Both the position numbers and the translations under genes were made by a program. A DNA stretch of 64,000 nt from a virus. Taxonomy: Duplodnaviria; Heunggongvirae; Uroviricota; Caudoviricetes. Numbering within the stretch: position 1 is the first letter of the stretch; every line of letters begins with the position of its first letter. Under the pieces are notes generated by a model. That model saw only the letters and a list, made by a program, of their open reading frames with translations. It ran no database searches and was not told where the DNA came from. Shown here piece by piece: positions 55,398 through 64,000 of this stretch. The stretch lies in IMG/VR virus record IMGVR_UViG_3300010357_001332. One strand, given 5' to 3'.

Positions 55398-57155
55398 TTA
55401 CTCTTGAAAAAAGTTTTTATACCATAAAAGTAGTACAATAAGAGAAAAAACAAATCTTGGATTATTAAGATTTGTTCCTATTGTCATACCTAGCTTGATT
55501 GTATTAAAAAAAGGAAAGTTAATATCTTCTACAAATTCTCGTATAGGTATAGTTTTAAAAAAAGAAGTAATCCAATCTTCCATAGGAAGAACAAATCCTT
55601 GCTTCTTTCTCTTAATTATATCTTCTGGTAATAATTTTTCTGCGATATTTTTTAAAATTACTTTTTCTGTACCGAAGATTTTTTGATCAGCATGAAGATT
55701 TAAACCAAATTCTACTACTTTTGGATCTAAAAAAGGAGCTCTTCCTTCTATACTATTTGCCATAGTCATTCTATCAAATTTTACTAATAAATCGTCTGGT
55801 AACCATGTTGTTAAATCGGCAGAAGTAACATATTGTATAGAATCATTTGCGGAATTTAACCATTCTATCCAAGAAGATTCCCAGTAATCCTTATCGAACA
55901 TATATTCTTCATTTAATAAGGAAAATGCGTGTTGCATAGATGCGACAAGAGGAAAACCAGAAGGAGTGTAATTAAAATTTTTAGAAATAAATCTATTAGA
56001 TATATCTTTTAGATTAGAATCAACTGTAAATCTTGGATAATATGAATAACCACCAAAAATTTCATCACCACCTTCACCTGATAAAACAACTTTTAGTTTA
56101 CCCTTACATTGTTCCGCCAACCAATATACCGGTAAAATTGCTTGATCACCTACTGGTTCATCTAGGTATTTAATTACTTTTGATAGCAAACTTAAAAAAG
56201 AATCTTCGTTAAACATCAAATTTGTATGATTTGTTTTAAATCTTTCTGCAATTAGATTAGAATAAGTACTTTCATCATAATTCTTACTGTAAAAACCCAT
56301 TGAAAATGTAGAGATATTAGATTTTATATTGGATGCCAACGCTGTAATTATGCTAGAATCTATACCACCAGATAAGAAAATACCTACTGGTACGTCTGCT
56401 TCTAATCTTGAAGAGACAGCGTCTTGCAATAAATCTAGTAATAATTCTTCTTTTTTAACAGTTCCTACTTCTAGCTTAGGTTTATAATAGCAAATATTTT
56501 TAATAGAAAGATTTTCTAATTTAATTTCTAGATAATGACCTGGTAATACCTTTTTGATAAAATTGAATATAGTATACTGCCCAGGTATATAATGCAGACA
56601 TATATAATATACTAAAGATATTTTAGATAATGTAAAATCTATCCAATTCAAATACTTAAATGTTTTTAAATAAGAAGAATACGCAAATTTATTTTCTTTG
56701 ATACAATAAAATAAGGGTTTTTCACCGAATCTATCTCTAATTAGATATAAAGTATTAGATTCTGTATCGAAAATTGAAATAGCATACATTCCATCTAATT
56801 TTTCAAGTAGTTTTGTAATACCCCAAGCTTCGTATCCAATAGAAATTACTTCTGTATCACAATGTGTATCAAAAGTATAATTCTGTGCTTCTAATTCTTT
56901 CCTAAGCTTTTTATAATTATAAATCTCACCGTTTTGAAATATAACATATTTTTTGTTAGGCGAAAGAAAAGGTTGATCTCCTTGATCTAAATCTATAATA
57001 GATAATCTTGTCATTACTTGAAGAATATTTTCTTTATAGAAAGATCCTGTAGAATCTGGTCCTCTGTGTTTCATTGCAGTACTTATCTTTTCTATCAAGT
57101 CAGAAGAGATAGTACTAGTTAATGAAGAATCTATAATACCAGCAATACCACACAT
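55398..57155 (-). CDS. asnB: asparagine synthase-like glutamine amidotransferase (glycan amidation)
   Basis: MCGIAG, HRGPD, RLSIID, NGEIYN, LSGGIDSS, SGEGGDE, E.RAPFLD. Confidence 0.93.
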   Translation of the reverse strand: MCGIAGIIDSSLTSTISSDLIEKISTAMKHRGPDSTGSFYKENILQVMTRLSIIDLDQGDQPFLSPNKKYVIFQNGEIYNYKKLRKELEAQNYTFDTHCDTEVISIGYEAWGITKLLEKLDGMYAISIFDTESNTLYLIRDRFGEKPLFYCIKENKFAYSSYLKTFKYLNWIDFTLSKISLVYYICLHYIPGQYTIFNFIKKVLPGHYLEIKLENLSIKNICYYKPKLEVGTVKKEELLLDLLQDAVSSRLEADVPVGIFLSGGIDSSIITALASNIKSNISTFSMGFYSKNYDESTYSNLIAERFKTNHTNLMFNEDSFLSLLSKVIKYLDEPVGDQAILPVYWLAEQCKGKLKVVLSGEGGDEIFGGYSYYPRFTVDSNLKDISNRFISKNFNYTPSGFPLVASMQHAFSLLNEEYMFDKDYWESSWIEWLNSANDSIQYVTSADLTTWLPDDLLVKFDRMTMANSIEGRAPFLDPKVVEFGLNLHADQKIFGTEKVILKNIAEKLLPEDIIKRKKQGFVLPMEDWITSFFKTIPIREFVEDINFPFFNTIKLGMTIGTNLNNPRFVFSLIVLLLWYKNFFQE

Positions 57156-60058
57156 TATCTAGATTCCCCAGCTAACCAAGCTTCTTGAAAAACTTCAGCA
57201 TACTTATCTAGCATCTCTTGATGTGTTGTCATTCCTTTTTTAATTATTTGGGTATTAGTAGAATAATATCTTCTTAATTCTGGATTAAGTATCATAGAAA
57301 CCATTTCAATCATAAGTGCATTAGAATTTGATAATGGATAATACTTTCCATTTACTTTATTGAATATCTGTTCTTGTACACCCATTGTTGGAACAGTTAT
57401 TACAGGAAGATCGAAATGCATAGCTTCTAATATAACCCTAGGGAAACTTTCTAGTTTACTTGTTAAAATAAAGCAATCTGCTGCTTCATATAATTCTTGA
57501 ACACAAGAAGTTTCTTGTAACATAATTATATTATCTCTTTTTTCTTTTGGAAACTTTGAAATGAGATCATGCAGCATAGAACTATACCCAGAAGGTCTAT
57601 CTCCTGCAATAATAATTTTATATTTATTAGAATAGATATTTGGTAGTTCACTTATTGCTAACAGTAGATCTAGTTGATTTTTTCTATCGCAGACTGTACC
57701 AACAGATAAAAATACTACTTGATCGTCTGTTATATTATATTTTTCTCTAGTTTTTTGTCTATTATTCGATTCGGAAAATCTAGAGGTATTAATACCATTA
57801 TGTATTACAGTAAAATTATTTTTTGCTTCTAGCTGAAGACATCTGTGTTTAGTAGAATTTGCAACAAAAACAACTTTGTAAGGATAGTAAAAACAATTTA
57901 AGGCTCGTTGTTGAATATCTTCACCAAAATGTGTATAATATGTAAAGATTGGTTCGCTTTCTCTAACATTCCAAATAGAAGGTATATTTAATTGTTTTGC
58001 TACATCTATACCATAAAACATCTGCAGCGTATTTGCATAAATAATTTCTGGATTTATTTGTTTAATTAAACTCTTAAGATTCTCAAGTCCTTCTAAATAC
58101 TCTTTTATAAAAAATCCTCTTGATAGCGGAGAAGGTTTAATAACTACTTCTATACCTTCTCGTTCGTATTCTTTTCTAAGAGGTCCATCTTGAAAGCAAT
58201 ATATTACAGGATCCAGTATTTGTTTTCTTTTTAAACCAGAAATCATTTCAAAGTTACTATAGCTAGATCCTTCTAAATTAAGATTATATGCAAATCCTAA
58301 TGTTTTAATTGCATAAGGTATTTTAGAAGTATTTACAATAGAAGATTCTATGCTAAATGTTGTATCTTTAAACGATAGATTTGCATTATAATGTTTATCT
58401 TTATAATCTTTATATAAAAGACGATATGTAAATTCATTTCGTATATCATCTCGACTATACTTTTCTACTCTTCGTGTAAAATTTTCATGATGAAATAAGA
58501 TAGAATTAGCACTATAGACGATTCTATATCCAAGTTTTTCTATTCTATGGCAGTAATCTGGATCATTATACCCTACACTAAAGTTTTTTTCATCAAATCC
58601 ACATACTTGCTTAAATAAATCCGTTTTAGTTAGCATACAAGCAGCAGTTACCGCTGAACATTCTCTAGATAATCTTTCAAATGCCATATACGTCCCATGA
58701 TTTGATTTCATCATTTTAAATGCTGGTTCTACTCTACCATTATTATACCCATGAACTAATCCAGCATGTTGAATTAAACCATTAGGAAAAATTAATCTTG
58801 CACCCACTGCTCCTACATCTTGTACATTAAGATAACCTACCATTTGATTAAGCCATTGTGGTGCAAGAATTTCTGTATCATTGTTTAAAAATAATACATA
58901 AGGTGTTTTAACGTGTTTAATAGCTTCATTATTTATTTTAGAAAAATTAAATTTTTCTTCACCGTTCGAAATTTTAATAACTCTGCAAGGCAAGTTATCT
59001 AAATAATCTAAACTTTTTGGGTCATTGCTATCATTATCTATAACTAATATCTCATAATTAGAATATTGAGTTTTTTCGATAATGGATTTAATGCATCTAT
59101 CCAAAATGGTATGTTGATTAAAAGTTGGTATTACAATAGTAACAGCAGGTCCAGAAGAAGGAAAATGCAACTCATAGTAACCGCAGTTCCATTCTACCGC
59201 CCATTTTGGTCTAGAAACACTTGCTTGAATATTTCTTCTTTGTAATGCTTCTATTATAGCATTTTGTCCTGCAATAAAACTTTCTGGTTTTGCTTGCGCA
59301 GTTTTTGCAGTCGATCCATCTACTGCTTTCCAATGATATAGAATTTTTGGAATATGATAAATATTTTTTGTTACTTCTGATAATCTTAATAGTAAATCGA
59401 AATCCTGTGATCCATCAAATTCTTTTCTAAAACCTGTAAATTGTCTAAAAAAAGAAGTTCTTATTACTAGAAGATGCCCTATATACATGTAACTAAGAAG
59501 TAATTCTGGGTTCCAATCGGGTTTAAATTGCGGTTCATATCTAACACCTGAAACAGATATTTTATCATCATCAGAATATATAATATCTGCAGTATTATGT
59601 GTGTTTAATTCTATTATATTTTCTGCTAAAGCGTCTGGTGATAAGATATCATCATTATCAACAAAAGCAATAAATTCACCGCTAGCTAGCGTAATTGCGG
59701 TATTAGTACATTCTGAAATTCCTGAATTCTTTGAAGTCTTAGTTATTTTTATTTTTACATTAAATTGTAATTCATTAAGGAATTCTATTAAATCTGTATT
59801 TGTGCTGCAATCGTCACAAATACATAGTTCCCAATTATCATACACCTGTTCATAAATACTTTGTAATGTCTGTTTAAAAATAGAAACATTTACATTGTAT
59901 ACAGGCATTATAATACTAATTAAAGGTTGATATGATAAAGATTTAAGAGTGTGTATTAACTGCTGTTCTTTTCTTGAATTCCATTTATTAACTTGGAGCC
60001 AAGAGGTATACTTGTCTTCTTGTGCAAGAAGATGGAGTTGCAATGGTCTAGATTTCAT
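57155..60058 (-). CDS. multidomain GT2-GT2-GT4 glycosyltransferase
   Basis: PVYN..DDCS..DNDD..GSQD; second GT2 LNND..TAAC; C-terminal ESFPRVILEAM. Confidence 0.9.
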   Translation of the reverse strand: MKSRPLQLHLLAQEDKYTSWLQVNKWNSRKEQQLIHTLKSLSYQPLISIIMPVYNVNVSIFKQTLQSIYEQVYDNWELCICDDCSTNTDLIEFLNELQFNVKIKITKTSKNSGISECTNTAITLASGEFIAFVDNDDILSPDALAENIIELNTHNTADIIYSDDDKISVSGVRYEPQFKPDWNPELLLSYMYIGHLLVIRTSFFRQFTGFRKEFDGSQDFDLLLRLSEVTKNIYHIPKILYHWKAVDGSTAKTAQAKPESFIAGQNAIIEALQRRNIQASVSRPKWAVEWNCGYYELHFPSSGPAVTIVIPTFNQHTILDRCIKSIIEKTQYSNYEILVIDNDSNDPKSLDYLDNLPCRVIKISNGEEKFNFSKINNEAIKHVKTPYVLFLNNDTEILAPQWLNQMVGYLNVQDVGAVGARLIFPNGLIQHAGLVHGYNNGRVEPAFKMMKSNHGTYMAFERLSRECSAVTAACMLTKTDLFKQVCGFDEKNFSVGYNDPDYCHRIEKLGYRIVYSANSILFHHENFTRRVEKYSRDDIRNEFTYRLLYKDYKDKHYNANLSFKDTTFSIESSIVNTSKIPYAIKTLGFAYNLNLEGSSYSNFEMISGLKRKQILDPVIYCFQDGPLRKEYEREGIEVVIKPSPLSRGFFIKEYLEGLENLKSLIKQINPEIIYANTLQMFYGIDVAKQLNIPSIWNVRESEPIFTYYTHFGEDIQQRALNCFYYPYKVVFVANSTKHRCLQLEAKNNFTVIHNGINTSRFSESNNRQKTREKYNITDDQVVFLSVGTVCDRKNQLDLLLAISELPNIYSNKYKIIIAGDRPSGYSSMLHDLISKFPKEKRDNIIMLQETSCVQELYEAADCFILTSKLESFPRVILEAMHFDLPVITVPTMGVQEQIFNKVNGKYYPLSNSNALMIEMVSMILNPELRRYYSTNTQIIKKGMTTHQEMLDKYAEVFQEAWLAGESR

Positions 60059-61296
60059 TTCATCTCTTCTAATAGCGTTAGTTTAAGAGGCTTTAATATA
60101 GAATCCCAATTATATTGAGAATATAATAGTTCATGTTCTGCGGAAATATCTATATGTAATAGATTAGAAAAAGCTTTTATATCTTCCAATTCTTCACGAA
60201 TAAAATCACCACCTACAATTTCATAAATAAGTCTATCATCTAAATATTTAGATTCTTCTAAAATAGGTGAATTATTAGTAATAATTACTGGCATTCCGTA
60301 TGACATCACTTCAAAAATTCTTGCTCGATGAGAATATCTATTTTCTAGCCAATGTTGAGATAGACAGATACAAGCATCGTATTTTTCAAATAATTTTCTA
60401 GGATCTAATGAATTATATTCACCTATTATTTTCATATTAGAAGATGTATTTATATAATCCAAGTTTACCGATTTTTGTAGAAATCTAGTAAATCTTGGAT
60501 GCTGTATTCCATAAAAGTCTATTTTTATAGATGAATGATTATAAAGATTTGTAATTAAATTCTCGAAATCATACCATGGATAAAATGGTCCATACCATAA
60601 TAATTTTAATTTATCAGAATGCTCTCTAGTTACAGGTTTATGCCAAGTTATACCATAAGGAATCTTAAGTAAAGGTGAATTCTTATAATTATCTACATTA
60701 AGTTTATTTAATAAGAATAATTGGCCTTCATAATATCTTTTTTGTCTATCATTTGCATATAATATAAGATCTGCTCTTTTTAAAAGTTCAGAATATTGAC
60801 GTAGTAATGTCAACCATTGATATTTTTTTAGTTTTTCATCTGTATGATAGCTAACTGCTGCTGGAAATTCAGCTAATAGTGGTATATAACCATCTAAAAT
60901 AACTCGAATGTGTGGTCTTAATTTTACAATATTCTTAAACCCTATACCACCTGTACACTGTAAAATAACAATATCAAATTTAGAAAGAATATTTTTTAAT
61001 TCTTTGGAATACTCCCAAGAACACTTTTTATAGTTATAAGATTCTATAGAATAAGAAAGTTTACTATAATCAATATTATTTTTACCCGGATGATTTAAAT
61101 CAGGTATTAATAAAGTTACATCAAAATCAGTTGATAGATATTCTGCAAACTTTTGTGCACGAATACCAGTAGCTGCTGCGTTGCAGCATTTAGATTTCGT
61201 TGAATAAAGAATTCCATTAATATAAATGGAATCTGGGCAGTTTGATGCAAGGGGTAAATTTACAGCATCCGGTGATAGGATACATAGCTTTTTCAT
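60055..61296 (-). CDS. GT-B fold glycosyltransferase
   Basis: LLWYG..YPWYD, EN..S.R.R..E...GMPVI. Confidence 0.7.
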   Translation of the reverse strand: MKKLCILSPDAVNLPLASNCPDSIYINGILYSTKSKCCNAAATGIRAQKFAEYLSTDFDVTLLIPDLNHPGKNNIDYSKLSYSIESYNYKKCSWEYSKELKNILSKFDIVILQCTGGIGFKNIVKLRPHIRVILDGYIPLLAEFPAAVSYHTDEKLKKYQWLTLLRQYSELLKRADLILYANDRQKRYYEGQLFLLNKLNVDNYKNSPLLKIPYGITWHKPVTREHSDKLKLLWYGPFYPWYDFENLITNLYNHSSIKIDFYGIQHPRFTRFLQKSVNLDYINTSSNMKIIGEYNSLDPRKLFEKYDACICLSQHWLENRYSHRARIFEVMSYGMPVIITNNSPILEESKYLDDRLIYEIVGGDFIREELEDIKAFSNLLHIDISAEHELLYSQYNWDSILKPLKLTLLEEMK

Positions 61297-61330
61297 TTCA
61301 TTTTTTATAATATAACTTAGTTAATTTTTT

Positions 61331-63493
61331 CTAAACTAAAAATTCAGAAGTTGAATCATTACAATATACAACTCTATAAATTAATTCTGGTGGTATTACC
61401 TCTGAAAATACACTTAATAATCTATCCAACTGAAAATCTGGTATATCCTCATTATCTACAGCATATATTATTATAGTAATATAAGTAGCTTTTCTTTGTG
61501 CAAGATACTCACTAGATACCTTAGTATTAGGTAGATTTATAACTTCTGTTGGATGATCAAATGAAGTAAAGGTATATAAAGGAGGTGTTCTCGTAGATGT
61601 TGATAGGTTATTATTGCTGATATCTACAAATAAATTTGCATGCAATTGGCTAACAAAGGTTAAATTACTATAGTCATATACAGAATTAGATCCTTTATAC
61701 TTGTATACATTATAAGTTTCAATTCCATTTACTTCTGGCCACATGATAACATTAAAACCTTGATATCCTGTACTGCTTTCTAATCCCGTACTTGTTGGCC
61801 ACCAGCGATTATCTATACGTAGTGTTGTTGCGGAACTTTCTTGGTCACCATTTACTGATGTAACACCATAATAATAGTTATCTCTTTCTAATCCCCATTC
61901 TCCTGTAGAACTATTAATTACAAAACTCCTACTAGTTTTTTTAGGATCATATAATGAATTATTATAGTAAATTTCATAATGATCAAATTCATCAATATTT
62001 TCTTGAAAAGCATCTAATATGATATTTAAAGCCTCTCGATATCCACCGTATTCATATGCTAAATAGATAGCTATAGCAATATTTCTGTAAGGTTCTGCTT
62101 CTTCTGAAATATCCCTATAATATTCTATTAAGGAAGATATTCTTTCTTCGAAAGCCTCAAATCTACTTTCTGTTAAGGATAGATCATCTTTTTGTAAATT
62201 AATTTCAGTCCATATATCTGTATATTCCTTACCTAATGCTGCAAAGAAAGAATATAAATTTACTATATTTATTGTTTGTTTTGTAGATTTTCTAGAAAAC
62301 CCTATATTTTTATAATCTCTGGCATGCAATTGTAAATGAGAAGTTCCTTTTGATAAAGAAACACCGAATTCAAAATTACCATAAGAATCTGTAATTACAA
62401 ACTGATTATGATTACCATTCAAATAAACATCTACTTTAGCATTACTAATACCTAAATACCCTTTAAAAAGGTATTTACCTTTCAAAGCAGGTATATCAAA
62501 TTTATTCTTATTATAATAATTATGATCTATTAAAACATTTTTAAGATACTTCCAATAAGGTTGCTGCAGATAATCAATAGGAGAATTATCCACCGATCTG
62601 AGATAGGGAGATTTATCTTGTAAGGCTTGTGTAATTATTGGATAAGTAGCATAATTGCTTAGTAGTCTATTTGGATTAACCGCAGCAACATAATATAGAT
62701 AATTACAATTTCTTTTTGCTGTGATATCTGTATATGATGTATTTTTTGTGTATCCAAGTAATGAAGGTGTAGTAGAATAATCTACTACATAAATAGCTAA
62801 ATTTCTAAATCTTGCAGAATAATCCTGACTTTGATCAAATACAAAGCTACTTCTATTAGAATCTGTAGCAAAAAATACTCCTTCAATAGATACCTGACCA
62901 TACCAAATACTTTTCTTTAATATATCTATTACATATACATAGCTTTTATAAGTAAAAGCATCGGATACCAAAGCACCTGTAGCTGCATCTAAATATGCAT
63001 CTGTAGGTACACTCATTTCTGTTCTATATACCGCATAATTACTTAATTGACTATTTTTAGAATCTGTAGTATCTAATGCATCCCAGGATAAGCTTGTATC
63101 ATAATTGTCATATCCTACAACTAAATTTTCTGGTGTAGATAATAACGTATATACAACTAAATCTGCTGTTCTGGCGGAATGTTCTTGATTAGCTGCAATC
63201 GCTTCAACAGAATAAAAGATTTTTCTACCAAAATCTTCTTCTGGTACTGTATACGAAAAATAAGTTTTATTTGTGATTAAGTCATTATATGTGCTTATTG
63301 TAGAACTTTGATTAGCACTTTCGTCTACTTTAATATCGCAGCTAATAGAATGCCCACTAGTATCTGTAGATTTAAATAATTCATAACCACCAATATTTGG
63401 ATCAGTATGAATATCAAATTCAAAAATAATAGTTTGTACATTATCTTCTACTGTAATAGAAGAAACCGCAAAGTTAGTTATGCTCGCTATCAC
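61331..63493 (-). CDS. virion structural protein (baseplate/tail) with Fn3/Ig-like segments
   Basis: TPENL..LSWD..YAVYR, YYVAAV; ends L..VIPPE like baseplate wedge proteins. Confidence 0.6.
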   Translation of the reverse strand: MIASITNFAVSSITVEDNVQTIIFEFDIHTDPNIGGYELFKSTDTSGHSISCDIKVDESANQSSTISTYNDLITNKTYFSYTVPEEDFGRKIFYSVEAIAANQEHSARTADLVVYTLLSTPENLVVGYDNYDTSLSWDALDTTDSKNSQLSNYAVYRTEMSVPTDAYLDAATGALVSDAFTYKSYVYVIDILKKSIWYGQVSIEGVFFATDSNRSSFVFDQSQDYSARFRNLAIYVVDYSTTPSLLGYTKNTSYTDITAKRNCNYLYYVAAVNPNRLLSNYATYPIITQALQDKSPYLRSVDNSPIDYLQQPYWKYLKNVLIDHNYYNKNKFDIPALKGKYLFKGYLGISNAKVDVYLNGNHNQFVITDSYGNFEFGVSLSKGTSHLQLHARDYKNIGFSRKSTKQTINIVNLYSFFAALGKEYTDIWTEINLQKDDLSLTESRFEAFEERISSLIEYYRDISEEAEPYRNIAIAIYLAYEYGGYREALNIILDAFQENIDEFDHYEIYYNNSLYDPKKTSRSFVINSSTGEWGLERDNYYYGVTSVNGDQESSATTLRIDNRWWPTSTGLESSTGYQGFNVIMWPEVNGIETYNVYKYKGSNSVYDYSNLTFVSQLHANLFVDISNNNLSTSTRTPPLYTFTSFDHPTEVINLPNTKVSSEYLAQRKATYITIIIYAVDNEDIPDFQLDRLLSVFSEVIPPELIYRVVYCNDSTSEFLV

Positions 63494-63502
63494 TTATATG
63501 TC

Positions 63503-64000
63503 CTAAAAATTTTCAATATAATCTATTACCGGTAAAAGTGTGTTATTCCAATTAAAAATATTTGTAAAGGTTTCATAAGAATCTTTAGATATCTTACTAG
63601 ATTTTTTGTTTTCGCATATTGTTATCAAATTTTCTTTTATACTGGGTATATTTACATTTCTAATATTATCTTTTAAAAAGTCTAATTCTGTATTTAAATT
63701 ATCTAGATCATTAATAATAATAGGGAGTTGATTTGCAAGCATTTCTAATGCTCTAGTTTTATGTACATAAGATTCATATATCCAATTTCTGTTAAGACAA
63801 ATACCAAAATCATATTCTTCATGTGCAGTACCGAGATCAAAATCTATATCATCTATTATTTGTATGTTTGAAATATTGGGTACATTATCAAAAAATGATT
63901 TAAAGTAGGTATTAAAAACTTTGGGCTGCCTAGTGTGCTTAATATTGATAAAATCTATACTAATTTTATCAAAATCTGCTAATTCCTTAATAAGAACTTC
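63503..64000 (-). CDS. GT-B glycosyltransferase, paralog of 60055..61296 (5'-truncated by window)
   Basis: Frame open from 64000: ISIDF..KH..YDFGICL..W..E.Y.H.TR..EM....PIII..FNW. Confidence 0.7.
   Translation of the reverse strand, partial: EVLIKELADFDKISIDFINIKHTRQPKVFNTYFKSFFDNVPNISNIQIIDDIDFDLGTAHEEYDFGICLNRNWIYESYVHKTRALEMLANQLPIIINDLDNLNTELDFLKDNIRNVNIPSIKENLITICENKKSSKISKDSYETFTNIFNWNNTLLPVIDYIENF

Noticed and set aside
1..64000. Stop-codon reassignment (TAG/TGA) as seen in some large phages
   Set aside because: Long genes are intact in code 11 and all three stops end genes, often in ATGA/TAATG overlaps; the isolated in-frame stops (5608, 53338) have local explanations

Overview
AT-rich segment of a large, probably jumbo, tailed-phage genome, almost all coded on the minus strand with standard code 11. 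(1) 1-1.2 kb: intact TnpB (IS200/IS605 type) and its right end, convergent on a minimal PolX. (2) 1.9-22.3 kb: dense 'early/accessory' region of about 80 small ORFs. It holds about 24 paralogs ending in F[RK]xxL[RK]xGxIxI, 10 otherwise unrelated proteins sharing a C-terminal tag (E/D)xQIILNQxx*, Cys-rich families, lipoproteins, many hydrophobic micro-peptides, tRNA-Leu and tRNA-Arg. It also has a ~0.7 kb highly structured non-coding RNA candidate containing a tRNA-like domain with no proper anticodon arm. A TAGTTT-N17-TATTAT promoter class drives the region, which ends at a G/C-run junction (~22.3 kb) that looks like a genome end. (3) 22.4-36 kb: RlaP-like nucleotidyltransferase, Hsp20, M23 peptidase, MmcB-like nuclease, free-standing endonuclease, class II RNR and a putative lysis cassette. 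(4) 36-64 kb: tail fibre with six near-identical 46-aa repeats and a 23-gene glycan synthesis/modification cluster interleaved with virion genes. One GT2 gene there has its DxD motif overwritten by an inverted copy of downstream sequence. All family assignments are by eye from motifs; no database searches were run.
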